DNA of 64,000 nucleotides from contig JAJZRB010000003.1 in assembly GCA_021806615.1 (NCBI GenBank), positions 2,766 to 66,765 of the forward strand, given 5' to 3'. Shown piece after piece: positions 1 to 9,464 of this stretch (position 1 is its first letter; each line of letters starts with the position of its first letter). The notes beneath the pieces are model-generated. The model saw nothing but the letters and a program-made list of their open reading frames with translations. It ran no database searches and was not told where the DNA came from. The stretch comes from a bacterium (lineage in GTDB: Bacteria > Patescibacteriota > Patescibacteriia > Patescibacteriales > UBA12465). Position numbers and translations under genes: made by a program.

Positions 1-3000
1 AAGCGAAGCTGCCATAGCTCATATCCTGAGCCACATCAAATTTTGCGCCCGGATTCACGGCCCCGATTCCCACATTATCGCCGATAGTCGTCGGGTAGAC
101 ATAACTGCCGCTCCGGCTCCAATAGTTGCCGCCGCCAGCTGAAACTATATCCGCCCAAGAGACTTTACAATCGCCAGAGATACAAAGGCCGGTGCCATTG
201 ACCGTGCCGGAAGCGTTGACACTGCCGACGACGTCTAAAGTCGCCCCTGGGACAACCTTGGCAATGCCAACATTCCCGGCCGCGCTAATTACTAATTTTG
301 GCGTAGCGCTACCATTAGTTAAAAAGGCTAGAGATTCACTGCCACCGACAGAGATGCCGTGACGATAGCCGGCTCCATATCCTAAGGCATCTGCGCTATT
401 GTTTATATTGAAAGTAAATCCTCCATTACCGCCGCCAAGTAATCTAGCCACAGTACCATTGACCGTTCCAATATCAACATGTAGCCTCGCCGTAGGGTTC
501 GTCGTCCCGATACCGACGCTGCCGCCGTTAAAATAACTAACCGCCGATGAATAGGTATTAATTTGCAATGGGGCGGAAAGATTCACGCTCGGCGACGTTC
601 GAGTATAGGCCGTGAAGCTGCTCGGCGTGGCGACCTGTTCCTGTTGTGCTCTAGCTACCCAGACAGTCTCACCGGTGTTAAAGCTGTCCCAAGCATTACT
701 AGCAACGCTATTGGTCGTCGCGGTACAAGTTCCTTTATACCAACCGTTGCCATACGGCTCCCAAGTCGGCGTGCAATAAAGATTATCAAAAGTGAAATAA
801 ACCGTTGACGGCGCTGTTCCAGCCGCGTTTCTCATAATAAAGGTGCTAGAATAAGTCGTATTAACTTGATCCCTGAGATCTATCGGTAAATTTACCCAAC
901 ATTGGCTGGTTCCCTGAGTAACTTTTACAGTGGAAGACTGACCTTCAAAGCTATAAGTAGAATCCATGGCTCCGCTACAAGTACCGCCGCCCGTCCAGAA
1001 ACCCCAACCTGACACAGTACGACCAAGCGCTGCATCAATATTGGCAGCGCCATATTTATTGGTAGTGGCTGACGCATTAACACTCAATGAGGTGCTTAGT
1101 TCTGCACCTCCTCCAGATACTGATAACCTTTGGATCGGATTAACTGTCCCGACACCAACGTTATTATTAACAAAGAGGGCTGCCGCAGCTACTCCATTAG
1201 GTCGAACTGATAAACCGCCATTAACGGCATCATACGAAATATAAGAAAATGCGGAAGAGCCATGAGCCAATATCAATGCTCCGCCATATCCTGCGCGCGC
1301 ATCCCCGATAGTGACTGCCGGGGAGCTTGTAATATTTCCAACATCATCACCAACAACTAATTTCTGGTTTGGCGCTGTGGTTCCAATGCCAACGTTGCCA
1401 TTCGTATCTGCCTTATAGACTGTCGTGCCATTTACCGTCCATCCGCTCGTAGCGCCAACGCCACCCCAGTCTGTCTTACAGACTCCGGCGATACAGAGAC
1501 CGGTGCCGTTAACCGTTCCGGAGGCGTTGATACTGCCGACAACGTCTAGATTAGCGCCGGGGTTGGTTTTAGCTATACCAACGTTGCCTGAAGTATTCAT
1601 TACGATACCCGGGCTCCAAGTTATATCTCCTGTTCCGGAACCCGAATAACCTAATTCAAAATAATTAGAAGCCCCTCCCCATAATCCCCATCTGGGCAAA
1701 CCAAGCCTCATTGCGACAGATTCATGGGCAGTATCATCCCTATTCCAATGCCAACCAGAAGAATACGAAGCATAGGAATTTTGGGTTATGACAGCTGAAT
1801 TGGCGTTATAACCGCCATCATTAAGGCCGGCAAATCTTGCGTATTGGTTACCGCTACTAGTATAAAATCTTGCGCCGTTAAACTGCCCTTCAGACGCAAA
1901 TAACTGATTCTGCGAATTAAGAAAAGTACTGCCCGAAACATCTAGCTTCGCCCCTGGATTCGTCGTCCCCACTCCGACGTTGCCGTTTGCTTTTAAGGCC
2001 AGTGTATTGACTGAATAACTTTCTGTTCCCTTTGTCGCAACTGGCGCTCCAGTCTGGAATAATACACTATCTCCAGAGAGAACCATCTGATAAGCATAAA
2101 ATCCTCCTCCGCCTGTATTTCTATACATTCTTAAATTTGGATTTGCAGCATCATCAGTAACCATCCTAAATTCTCCTTCCCACCCTCCGCCCATATTAAA
2201 TATTGCTTGCGGAGTATTTACCACACCATCACCCTTTACTTCTAATTTCGCCCCCGGATTCGTCGTTCCGATACCGACATTTCCGCTCGTGTTAGATTTA
2301 TAAACGGTTGTCCCGTTCACATTCCACCCGGCGCTGGCTGCACCGACATCCGACCAAGAGACCTTGCAGTCTCCGGAAATACAAAGGCCGGTACCATTGA
2401 CCGTGCCGGAAGAATTGATGCTACCGACGACGTCTAAAGTCGCGCCGGGGTTAGTCTTAGCGATGCCGACGTTGCCGGATTGATCAATCAACATGCCAGC
2501 GTTCCAAACACCTTGCGTTCCACCCATTGTCTGAAATTGGAGGGAACTGCCCCAAGTCACTGTCGAATTCATGTTACTAACTATTCTAGACTGATAAGCA
2601 TCATAATGATCGCTCCTGCCGAAGCCTAGAGCTATCTGTCGATTTGTCCCATGATCCGCTGACAAATATAAATTAGTAGTTAAAGTATTATCGGCGCCAG
2701 CGGAGGCAACATCTAATTTAGTAAGTGGATTTACAGTCCCAATTCCGACGTTGCCACCATTTAATATGGTAAGATAATCGGCAAGACTTCCTCTCCCTAT
2801 TTTAAATGCGGGAGTTGCATCATTTGATATAAATACCTGCCATAAATTTGCTGCGGCATTGCTATTTTTAAATTGTAATCCGGCACCACCAGATGATGTG
2901 CTCTCAATAATCATTTGATCCGGACCCGCACTGTTCCAAGCATCTTGGATATGTAGCTTCGCCCCTGGCCCCGTCGTACCGATCCCGACGTTGCCAGTGC

Positions 3001-5410
3001 TTGCCACTCTTAATCTTTCGCCCCAACCTGTGGCGTTCCGAGTATAAAACGCGATATCTCCATAGCTATTAGCCTGGTCCGTTATTTGCGAGCCGATACC
3101 TGAAGCTATATTCCCGGAACCGTAAAAACTTATAGTGCTCCAAGCGCCATTCAGATTGGCGATATTTTTAAGTCCGAAACCGGTACCGCTGGCATTCCAA
3201 CCGATAGTCTGGGAATCGGAATATGAAACTGTAAATTTATCGCCAGGATACTTTGTCCCGATCCCCACATTCCCTGCCCCTGCGTCACCATTCCAGATAT
3301 TGCCATTTAAAGTACCGCCCCATAAATTACCTCCGCCGGCGGCTACGATTTCCGGCCAGCTGACTTTGCAGTCGCCAGAGATACAGAGGCCGATACCGTT
3401 TACTGTTCCGCTCGCATTGATGCCGCCTGTAACATCCAAGGTCTGACCGGGATTAAGTTTCGCAACTCCGATGTTGCCAGACGGATCTATTACCATATTT
3501 GTTCGAACTGTCGAGCCATTATTAGAGGAGTCAAAATATGTCCACCCGTGTGTACCTCCCTCATTAACAGCAAGAATCCTGGTTGCACCACCTACAGTGT
3601 TAAAAACTGAATATTGGGTCGGGGTTCCATCTCTCACAACTCGTAAACCATCAAAGAAATTATAGCCCCCTCCGCTCGCCTTATAAAGAGTAAGCCAATT
3701 TGTCGGCGTCGTCGTTCCAATTCCGACGTTGCCTGACGTAACAGCTAAATTGACAGCACCCGAGAATTGAGAGGCATTAGTAGTGTCAGCCACAACGATT
3801 CTTTTTTCTGAATACAAACCATAATCATTTGAAGCTATATAAATACCATTTCTTACAATGCCATTTCCTACGGCCAAAGAATAATTATCATTATTTCCGC
3901 TATTTACCCTCATCATGCCAGCGACATCCAGTTTTTGTCCAGGATTCGTCGTCCCGATGCCCACATTTCCAGAATTAACATTCCAAATTGCTCCGGTCGT
4001 TGTGCCGCTCCATAAACCGCCGCCGCCAGCGGCTACGATTTCCGGCCAGCTGACCTTGCAATCTCCGGAAATACAAAGGCCGATGCCGTTTACTGTTCCG
4101 CTCGCGTTTATGCCGCCGGTAACGTCTAAAGTTTGCGTCGGATTAGTGTTGGCGATACCGACATTGCCGGCCGTCGTTATTGTGCCGGTATATAAGGTAT
4201 CGTTAACGGGATAAGTAACTTCATTACTGCTATCAAAAATCAAAGTACCAGCCGGTACGCTTGAAGAATAGGCCGGATTATCATAAAGCACGGCGCCTGG
4301 ATTCTGCCAACCGAACTGATAATAGAGGACTTCAGCCGAACCATAGGGAATGGTAGAAGGAATATAGACATAGACATTACTGCTTCCATCTGCTTGGTTA
4401 TAAGCTTGGACATAGGCTCTAGGATTACCGCCCTCGTAATGCTTTACATACCAGAATCCGTTTCTCTGCCCCAGGGCGACTATCATTTTTCCCTTGCCTT
4501 GGACTTCGTTAGATTTCCCTGTCACTTCAACCATGACACCCTCGCCGGTTCCGCCGGTAGACGTCGGCAATTTCGCAATCAGATAATACCGGGCGGTATT
4601 TACATACATCGGGTCAAAGAATGTCTTCCTGGGCAGACCGGAAATAGAAGTGCTGTAAATACCTCCGGATACTTCTAGCTTGTACGTGGGATTCGTCGTC
4701 CCCACCCCGACGTTGCCGCCATTTGTTGCCAAACCAATACTATATGCACCACCATAGGTATTCATCGTCAAAACATTAGAAGAACTGAGCCATTGGATGT
4801 AGCCATTTTCTGTGTTTGTTGCGTCGCCAATTCTTATATAAGGATTATTCCCATTGTCAACTGTAGCAATTGCCCCTACAACTTCTAATTTATGCACAGG
4901 TGCGGTCGTCCCTATCCCCACATTCCCATTCGTATCTGCCTTATAAACCGTGGTGCCATTTACCGTCCAGCCGCTAGTTGACCCGACGCTCCCCCAGTCC
5001 GTCTTGCAGACTCCGGCGATGCAGAGGCCGGTGCCGTTGACTGTGCCGGTCGCGTCCAGGCTGCCGATGATATGCAGATTAGATTGCGGATTAGTCGTCC
5101 CGATACCGACGTTCCCAGTAGAGAATAAATTGGTCGTATTTATCGGTCCGTTGACTAATAATCCGGAAGCGGGCGCTGGAGCAGCGATACCGAGCGGGCC
5201 GTTCATGGAAACCGGCAGCCAAGTATTGACGAAATCGCTGAACAGGTCGTTCCAATTCTGCGAAGTCAAGGTATCGTTATAAAGCTTATCGTAACTGGAA
5301 GTCGCGTGATAAGCTTGCGCCTTCGGAACGTCGGACAACAACAAAAAACTACCGCTTAACAATAAAACGGCTGCTAAAATTTTGGATTTCCGTCTGGAAA
5401 ATAGGGACAT
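1..5410 (-). CDS. Giant secreted repeat protein, 5-prime partial in window (more than 1800 aa, C-terminus beyond the left edge). Tail-fibre-like GNVGIGT and C-I-x-G-x-C-K-x-x-W modules.
   Basis: ATG at complement 5408-5410, then a signal-like N-terminus MSLFSRRKSKILAAVLLLSGSFLLL. Manual minus-strand translation in this frame (checked only at 5410 downward and at 2-76) gives the same G-N-V-G-I-G-T-x-N-P-x-x-K-L motif at both ends. It is absent from the ORF track, as expected if the track lists only complete ORFs. The Pro-rich plus-strand ORFs are its antisense shadow. Confidence 0.8.
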   Translation of the reverse strand, partial: MSLFSRRKSKILAAVLLLSGSFLLLSDVPKAQAYHATSSYDKLYNDTLTSQNWNDLFSDFVNTWLPVSMNGPLGIAAPAPASGLLVNGPINTTNLFSTGNVGIGTTNPQSNLHIIGSLDATGTVNGTGLCIAGVCKTDWGSVGSTSGWTVNGTTVYKADTNGNVGIGTTAPVHKLEVVGAIATVDNGNNPYIRIGDATNTENGYIQWLSSSNVLTMNTYGGAYSIGLATNGGNVGVGTTNPTYKLEVSGGIYSTSISGLPRKTFFDPMYVNTARYYLIAKLPTSTGGTGEGVMVEVTGKSNEVQGKGKMIVALGQRNGFWYVKHYEGGNPRAYVQAYNQADGSSNVYVYIPSTIPYGSAEVLYYQFGWQNPGAVLYDNPAYSSSVPAGTLIFDSSNEVTYPVNDTLYTGTITTAGNVGIANTNPTQTLDVTGGINASGTVNGIGLCISGDCKVSWPEIVAAGGGGLWSGTTTGAIWNVNSGNVGIGTTNPGQKLDVAGMMRVNSGNNDNYSLAVGNGIVRNGIYIASNDYGLYSEKRIVVADTTNASQFSGAVNLAVTSGNVGIGTTTPTNWLTLYKASGGGYNFFDGLRVVRDGTPTQYSVFNTVGGATRILAVNEGGTHGWTYFDSSNNGSTVRTNMVIDPSGNIGVAKLNPGQTLDVTGGINASGTVNGIGLCISGDCKVSWPEIVAAGGGNLWGGTLNGNIWNGDAGAGNVGIGTKYPGDKFTVSYSDSQTIGWNASGTGFGLKNIANLNGAWSTISFYGSGNIASGIGSQITDQANSYGDIAFYTRNATGWGERLRVASTGNVGIGTTGPGAKLHIQDAWNSAGPDQMIIESTSSGGAGLQFKNSNAAANLWQVFISNDATPAFKIGRGSLADYLTILNGGNVGIGTVNPLTKLDVASAGADNTLTTNLYLSADHGTNRQIALGFGRSDHYDAYQSRIVSNMNSTVTWGSSLQFQTMGGTQGVWNAGMLIDQSGNVGIAKTNPGATLDVVGSINSSGTVNGTGLCISGDCKVSWSDVGAASAGWNVNGTTVYKSNTSGNVGIGTTNPGAKLEVKGDGVVNTPQAIFNMGGGWEGEFRMVTDDAANPNLRMYRNTGGGGFYAYQMVLSGDSVLFQTGAPVATKGTESYSVNTLALKANGNVGVGTTNPGAKLDVSGSTFLNSQNQLFASEGQFNGARFYTSSGNQYARFAGLNDGGYNANSAVITQNSYASYSSGWHWNRDDTAHESVAMRLGLPRWGLWGGASNYFELGYSGSGTGDITWSPGIVMNTSGNVGIAKTNPGANLDVVGSINASGTVNGTGLCIAGVCKTDWGGVGATSGWTVNGTTVYKADTNGNVGIGTTAPNQKLVVGDDVGNITSSPAVTIGDARAGYGGALILAHGSSAFSYISYDAVNGGLSVRPNGVAAAALFVNNNVGVGTVNPIQRLSVSGGGAELSTSLSVNASATTNKYGAANIDAALGRTVSGWGFWTGGGTCSGAMDSTYSFEGQSSTVKVTQGTSQCWVNLPIDLRDQVNTTYSSTFIMRNAAGTAPSTVYFTFDNLYCTPTWEPYGNGWYKGTCTATTNSVASNAWDSFNTGETVWVARAQQEQVATPSSFTAYTRTSPSVNLSAPLQINTYSSAVSYFNGGSVGIGTTNPTARLHVDIGTVNGTVARLLGGGNGGFTFNINNSADALGYGAGYRHGISVGGSESLAFLTNGSATPKLVISAAGNVGIAKVVPGATLDVVGSVNASGTVNGTGLCISGDCKVSWADIVSAGGGNYWSRSGSYVYPTTIGDNVGIGAVNPGAKFDVAQDMSYGSFA

Positions 5411-5488
5411 GTTTTTTCTGCCTAAATTATATCATTTTCCAGTTTGCTTGCCAAGGGAAAAATCGCCCAAAAAACCGCTAATTATAAA

Positions 5489-5845
5489 CTAATCGCCCAT
5501 ACGTATCTCCACGCTCCGTTTCGTGTTCTGGAATTCGCCTATGGACTGGAAGACAAGCGGCGGAAACTGGACGAAATAAACCTTATACGTGGCGCCGGAA
5601 GGCAGGGCGCCGCTGAAGATAATAGTATTTGATGGCTGATTATAGTCAGACCATCCGGTCTTGAGCTGATATAGGAAAAACTCCGCTCCGGTCTCGGCGG
5701 CATAATAGGCTTTGGTGGACTGTGATTGTATACCGCCCGCTTTTATTCCCAGCCAGATGACATAGGCGCCGCTCATCGCCACGATGAGCATGCCGGACAT
5801 GATGAACATGGTTAATATAAGAGCGCTGCCGGATTTATGAGCCAT
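5489..5845 (-). CDS. Type IV pilus minor pilin, PilX-like
   Basis: N-terminal hydrophobic segment GSALILTMFIMSGMLIVAMSG followed by AYYAAETGAE, typical of the PilX N-terminal domain. Last small gene of the minor-pilin run. Confidence 0.6.
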   Translation of the reverse strand: MAHKSGSALILTMFIMSGMLIVAMSGAYVIWLGIKAGGIQSQSTKAYYAAETGAEFFLYQLKTGWSDYNQPSNTIIFSGALPSGATYKVYFVQFPPLVFQSIGEFQNTKRSVEIRMGD

Positions 5846-5849
5846 AAAT

Positions 5850-6461
5850 TTAATTCTTGTAATAACGCGAGGTGATACTGGTCTGGATAGTGATATCCGA
5901 TTGGAATTTGTCGGTATTCAAGGAGTGGGCCTTGAGGTTGACGGTCACGGTCGGCTGTTCCGAAGAAACGTCGTTCAAGAGAAAATGCAGGGCGTCAACT
6001 TTTATCTTCGCCGGGGAAATGAGGTCGGAAACGCCGCCGCGGGTAATCTGGAATCGTTGGTTGTCGCCGTCAGCGACAACGGAATAAGTGACGCACTGGC
6101 CGTAATAATTCTTGAAAGACAGGTTGTCTCCGAGCGGGCCGGCGCTGACAGTATAGACTTTATTGGTCTGGACGAGCGGGCAGGTTCCTTGATTGACCTG
6201 GGCCATGCGTATTTCTTTACCGGTCACTTCCAAAAAATATTTCAAGCTTTCCTGCACGTTCTGCGAAGCGAGCGCGCTGCGCTGGCTGTCTATGACCAGC
6301 TTGAAAATCTCCGTAGCGGATAAGATGATCATGGAAAACAAAGCGACCGAGACGATGACCTCGATCAGCGAAAATCCTCTTTTCGCCGAAAAGGCTTTGC
6401 CCGTAAAAACCGGCGGCTGATTATTTCCAATTGTATAGAATCGTTTCCAAATCATAAGCAT
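5850..6461 (-). CDS. Minor pseudopilin with prepilin-type N-terminal cleavage/methylation motif (PilW/GspJ-like)
   Basis: Motif KRGFSLIEVIVSVALFSMIIL. The start codon is uncertain (M1 or M3), and the ORF overlaps the upstream gene end. Confidence 0.65.
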   Translation of the reverse strand: MLMIWKRFYTIGNNQPPVFTGKAFSAKRGFSLIEVIVSVALFSMIILSATEIFKLVIDSQRSALASQNVQESLKYFLEVTGKEIRMAQVNQGTCPLVQTNKVYTVSAGPLGDNLSFKNYYGQCVTYSVVADGDNQRFQITRGGVSDLISPAKIKVDALHFLLNDVSSEQPTVTVNLKAHSLNTDKFQSDITIQTSITSRYYKN

Positions 6462-6903
6462 AATTACGGTTACGGTCCAACCAGGTCACTCTGACCGTAA
6501 CTTGTACGAAAGTAGGGGTAGTCTGCAAGGTTATCAAGCGGGAAAATCCGCTGTCGCTTCCTCCCGCGCCGTGATAATAAAAGCCGTTTACATCCTGTTT
6601 CAGAATAAGCTCCGAGGATAAGCTGGGAATATGGATATGAGGCGCCGAATCGGTGTAATCCATATAGTATTGGCCGCTAGGCAGGATAAGGATAAGCGGT
6701 TTGTTGGCTCCGCGCCAATTAGAATCCCGTACTTTTCGGATAAGTTCTACTCCCTCCTGCGCTAATTGATAAGCGATAAGATTGCTCTTATTATATCCCT
6801 GGCTCTGGATATTCTGTATCAGAAGAGACAGGATGCCGACGAGCGCCAGAGAGACGATGAACAGGACGGTGATTATTTCTACTAGTGAAAATCCGCGTTT
6901 CAT
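6421..6903 (-). CDS. Minor pseudopilin (PilV/GspI-like)
   Basis: MKRGFSLVEIITVLFIVSLALVG prepilin leader plus methylation motif at the extreme N-terminus. Confidence 0.7.
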   Translation of the reverse strand: MKRGFSLVEIITVLFIVSLALVGILSLLIQNIQSQGYNKSNLIAYQLAQEGVELIRKVRDSNWRGANKPLILILPSGQYYMDYTDSAPHIHIPSLSSELILKQDVNGFYYHGAGGSDSGFSRLITLQTTPTFVQVTVRVTWLDRNRNYAYDLETILYNWK

Positions 6904-6910
6904 AGATTAT

Positions 6911-7510
6911 TTAATCGACGACTTCCGCTAAGCCCAAGAAGTTAACCCGCACGGTCTTAGTCGTATTATTCTGCGTTTCTTTCAATTTTATTTCCAAAGA
7001 AGTGCTGGTCGCTCCCGCGTCTACCCGGTAGATATTGGTCTGCGGATCGGGCGGCAGAAAAGTGACATTGACCCGCTGATTGAGCGCGCCGCTCGCCGTC
7101 TTCAGCTCTACTATCTGTATCTGCGACGGGAGCTGGGTCACGCGCGCTCCGTAACGGACATTCCCTTCTACGCTAGGGTCATACTGCATATAGCCGGAAG
7201 TGCTATACGGCGGCTGATCCAGATCGGCAAATAAGGTATAGCTGCTGCTGGAGGCATTCAAGCTTATCCCCCAGCCGCCCTCCGGTACGGCGTCGTTATA
7301 CTTCACTAAGCCTAGGGTATTATTCTGCGCTAAATGCAGATCAGCTACCAGGTTCTGGGCGGCCATGACCAGATCGGTCCGCCGGTCAGTAGAGTGGTAA
7401 TTCGCTATGAAAAGCGCAGTTATCATCACGATGATAGAAATGCTGACGACCATTTCTACCAACGTGAATCCGGAAAGCTTATGATGGACGGGCTGAAGAT
7501 ATTTGGACAT
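6911..7510 (-). CDS. Minor pseudopilin (FimT/GspH-like)
   Basis: SGFTLVEMVVSISIIVMITALF motif. Start moved to MSKYLQPVHHKLSGFTLVEM (ATG at complement 7508-7510) because the track start at 7597 overlaps the upstream gene. Confidence 0.65.
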   Translation of the reverse strand: MSKYLQPVHHKLSGFTLVEMVVSISIIVMITALFIANYHSTDRRTDLVMAAQNLVADLHLAQNNTLGLVKYNDAVPEGGWGISLNASSSSYTLFADLDQPPYSTSGYMQYDPSVEGNVRYGARVTQLPSQIQIVELKTASGALNQRVNVTFLPPDPQTNIYRVDAGATSTSLEIKLKETQNNTTKTVRVNFLGLAEVVD

Positions 7511-7521
7511 AGTTAAGATAT

Positions 7522-8919
7522 TTAATATTGTTCTGCTTTGACTTCGCGCCAAACCGGCAAGCCGAAATTGATATGCAGAGTCGTAGAGGTGCTGCAATAA
7601 TAATTGCTCACATCCGTCACGCGCAAGGTGATGGTATCGTCCACCGGCTTGAAAAACTGGATGGAAGTAGTCGCTTCGGTCGGATTGCTGATATTGTCGC
7701 CGGCGTTATTCGTCGTCCAGAGATAGGCAAAAGGATTATAAGCGCTACGCGGGAGGGGCGTTCCGCTGGAATAGTTGCTGACGAAGTTAGTCGTTTGGCC
7801 GACGACCGGAGCATAGGGGTCCCAAGTGAAATAGGGATTGGGAAATTCGTGGCTATAAGTATGGAAAATAAGGCCGCTCGTTCCGTCCGTATGCTCGTCC
7901 AGAGTCCCGCGATGTCCGTCGTTCAGGCCGTATTGATACCAGGCGGTCGGCTGATCAGTGCCGTCCCAAAGCTGTATCCACCAATAATAATCCGTCCCGT
8001 AGTCTGGAGTCCAAGCGCATAAGGGGCCGGGACAGATATATTGGGTCGCCGTACCGCTTATCTTCCCGCTGTCAAAAGCGGGGGTGGATGTGGAGTTCGC
8101 CGTATTCACTATTATCCGATAAGCCGTCTGCGTGCCGCTCTTCAGGTACCACTTCAAGACCGCCGTCCGGGCGCCGGAAGCGCAGGCCTGGCTATAGCTC
8201 CAATTCGGCGCTGATAAATGGCCGACTTGCAGATTGCTGACATAAACTTTATAGCTGCGCGTGGCGCAATTGCCGACGCTCGTGCCGTTCCATTCGCTCT
8301 CGCAGTTAAAGCTGGCCGTCTCGGTTGTCGTCGTCGCGTAACCGATGAAGTCTCCCGGCTGGATGCCGTGTCCGGGCAAGACCGAATTGCTCAGGTCCCA
8401 AGACTGCAGGGCGACCGGAGTCATGGTCGCGGTCGCCTGGCTATCAAGCTTTATCCAGGTTCCGTCGCCTAAGACGCGAGCCCAGCCATAAACTTGTTGC
8501 GTCGTTTCATTATAGCAGGCCGAACAACTATTGCTCGCGTTACAGGTGCTTAAGCAATGAGTATTAAAAGCGTAATTATCCGGCGGCGTGGAGGTCGCGG
8601 CAAAGGTCACGAGCCCTTTGGAATAATTCCAGGCACTGCCGGTAAAATTACCGTTATCGTCGATGGAAATGTGATGGACGATATTAGTACAGGGAGGAGA
8701 ATATAATTTAAATCCTGGCGGCGTCGTCAAGTTGCCAGTAACATCCAATTTATCGCCGGTCACGTCGTCCAGGCAATCCATATAAAGATACTGGTACTGG
8801 TCGCCCCACCAGACAGCGCCGCGGACATTAGAGACGGCAGATACGGTTTTAGCCATAAAAAAAAGCGCGACAAAAAAACCGGCCGCTAAGATTATCCTGG
8901 TTCTGCGCTTTATAATCAT
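7522..8919 (-). CDS. Secreted Cys-rich protein in the pilus locus, with an FN3-like middle region and a PKD-like C-terminal domain
   Basis: Signal peptide MIIKRRTRIILAAGFFVALFFMAKTVSA and many Cys residues. QTAYRIIV-type beta-sandwich signature. C-terminal TITLRVTDVSNYYCSTS resembles a PKD domain. Confidence 0.5.
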   Translation of the reverse strand: MIIKRRTRIILAAGFFVALFFMAKTVSAVSNVRGAVWWGDQYQYLYMDCLDDVTGDKLDVTGNLTTPPGFKLYSPPCTNIVHHISIDDNGNFTGSAWNYSKGLVTFAATSTPPDNYAFNTHCLSTCNASNSCSACYNETTQQVYGWARVLGDGTWIKLDSQATATMTPVALQSWDLSNSVLPGHGIQPGDFIGYATTTTETASFNCESEWNGTSVGNCATRSYKVYVSNLQVGHLSAPNWSYSQACASGARTAVLKWYLKSGTQTAYRIIVNTANSTSTPAFDSGKISGTATQYICPGPLCAWTPDYGTDYYWWIQLWDGTDQPTAWYQYGLNDGHRGTLDEHTDGTSGLIFHTYSHEFPNPYFTWDPYAPVVGQTTNFVSNYSSGTPLPRSAYNPFAYLWTTNNAGDNISNPTEATTSIQFFKPVDDTITLRVTDVSNYYCSTSTTLHINFGLPVWREVKAEQY

Positions 8920-8980
8920 GGCTTATAAGCCCTCAGACGGGCTATAATTTTCAATTTAATTATAGCACTTTCTGATGATT

Positions 8981-9463
8981 TTAAAAAATAAATTTTAAAA
9001 AATCTTTGCCTCTTTTTAGCATCTCCTGTCTTCCCTTTTCCGTCTTATCGTCATAGCCGGCGAGGTGGAGGAGCCCATGGACTAATAAGAAATAAAAAAG
9101 ATAAGAATCAGCCGCTTTCAGACCTAATTCCTTGAACATCTCCCGATATTTACCCATCCTTTTCGCCTCCTGGATATTGATGATTATCTCGCCCAAGTAT
9201 TTATCCGGCTTTAGCCTTGCTTGGCTTACTCCGGCCGGTTTTTCGATTGCCCTTAAATCGTCCGCTGCCGGAAAAGACAAAACGTCCGTCGTCTTATCTA
9301 TCCCCCGATATTCATGATTCAAGCGCCTCATGCGCGCGTCGCCGACTATCGCTAAAGATACTTCCCGGCCGGCTTTTTTATAAACGCGCAAGAATTCCTC
9401 GGCTATGTATTTAGTCTTCTTAAGATCTATCCTATGTTTCGTGGTATTGTTGATTTCTAACAT
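8981..9463 (-). CDS. ybeY: rRNA maturation endoribonuclease YbeY
   Basis: Zinc-binding motif HGLLHLAGYDD near the C-terminus; size about 160 aa. Confidence 0.85.
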   Translation of the reverse strand: MLEINNTTKHRIDLKKTKYIAEEFLRVYKKAGREVSLAIVGDARMRRLNHEYRGIDKTTDVLSFPAADDLRAIEKPAGVSQARLKPDKYLGEIIINIQEAKRMGKYREMFKELGLKAADSYLFYFLLVHGLLHLAGYDDKTEKGRQEMLKRGKDFLKFIF

Positions 9464-9464
9464 A

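Noticed and set aside
126-5282. Seven plus-strand ORFs of 64-110 aa (126..362, 966..1244, 1425..1649, 3135..3446, 3471..3665, 3915..4214, 4950..5282), most encoding Pro-rich repeats (…LQSPEIQRPVPLTVPEA…)
   Set aside because: They lie antisense to the long open minus-strand frame that encodes the giant GNVGIGT-repeat protein. Their similarity to each other only mirrors that gene's internal repeats.
1-5410. Repeated near-identical segments considered as template/variable repeats of a diversity-generating retroelement
   Set aside because: No reverse transcriptase or accessory gene is in the window. The differences among copies are not adenine-specific, as far as I can judge by eye. The copies are in-frame modules of one protein.
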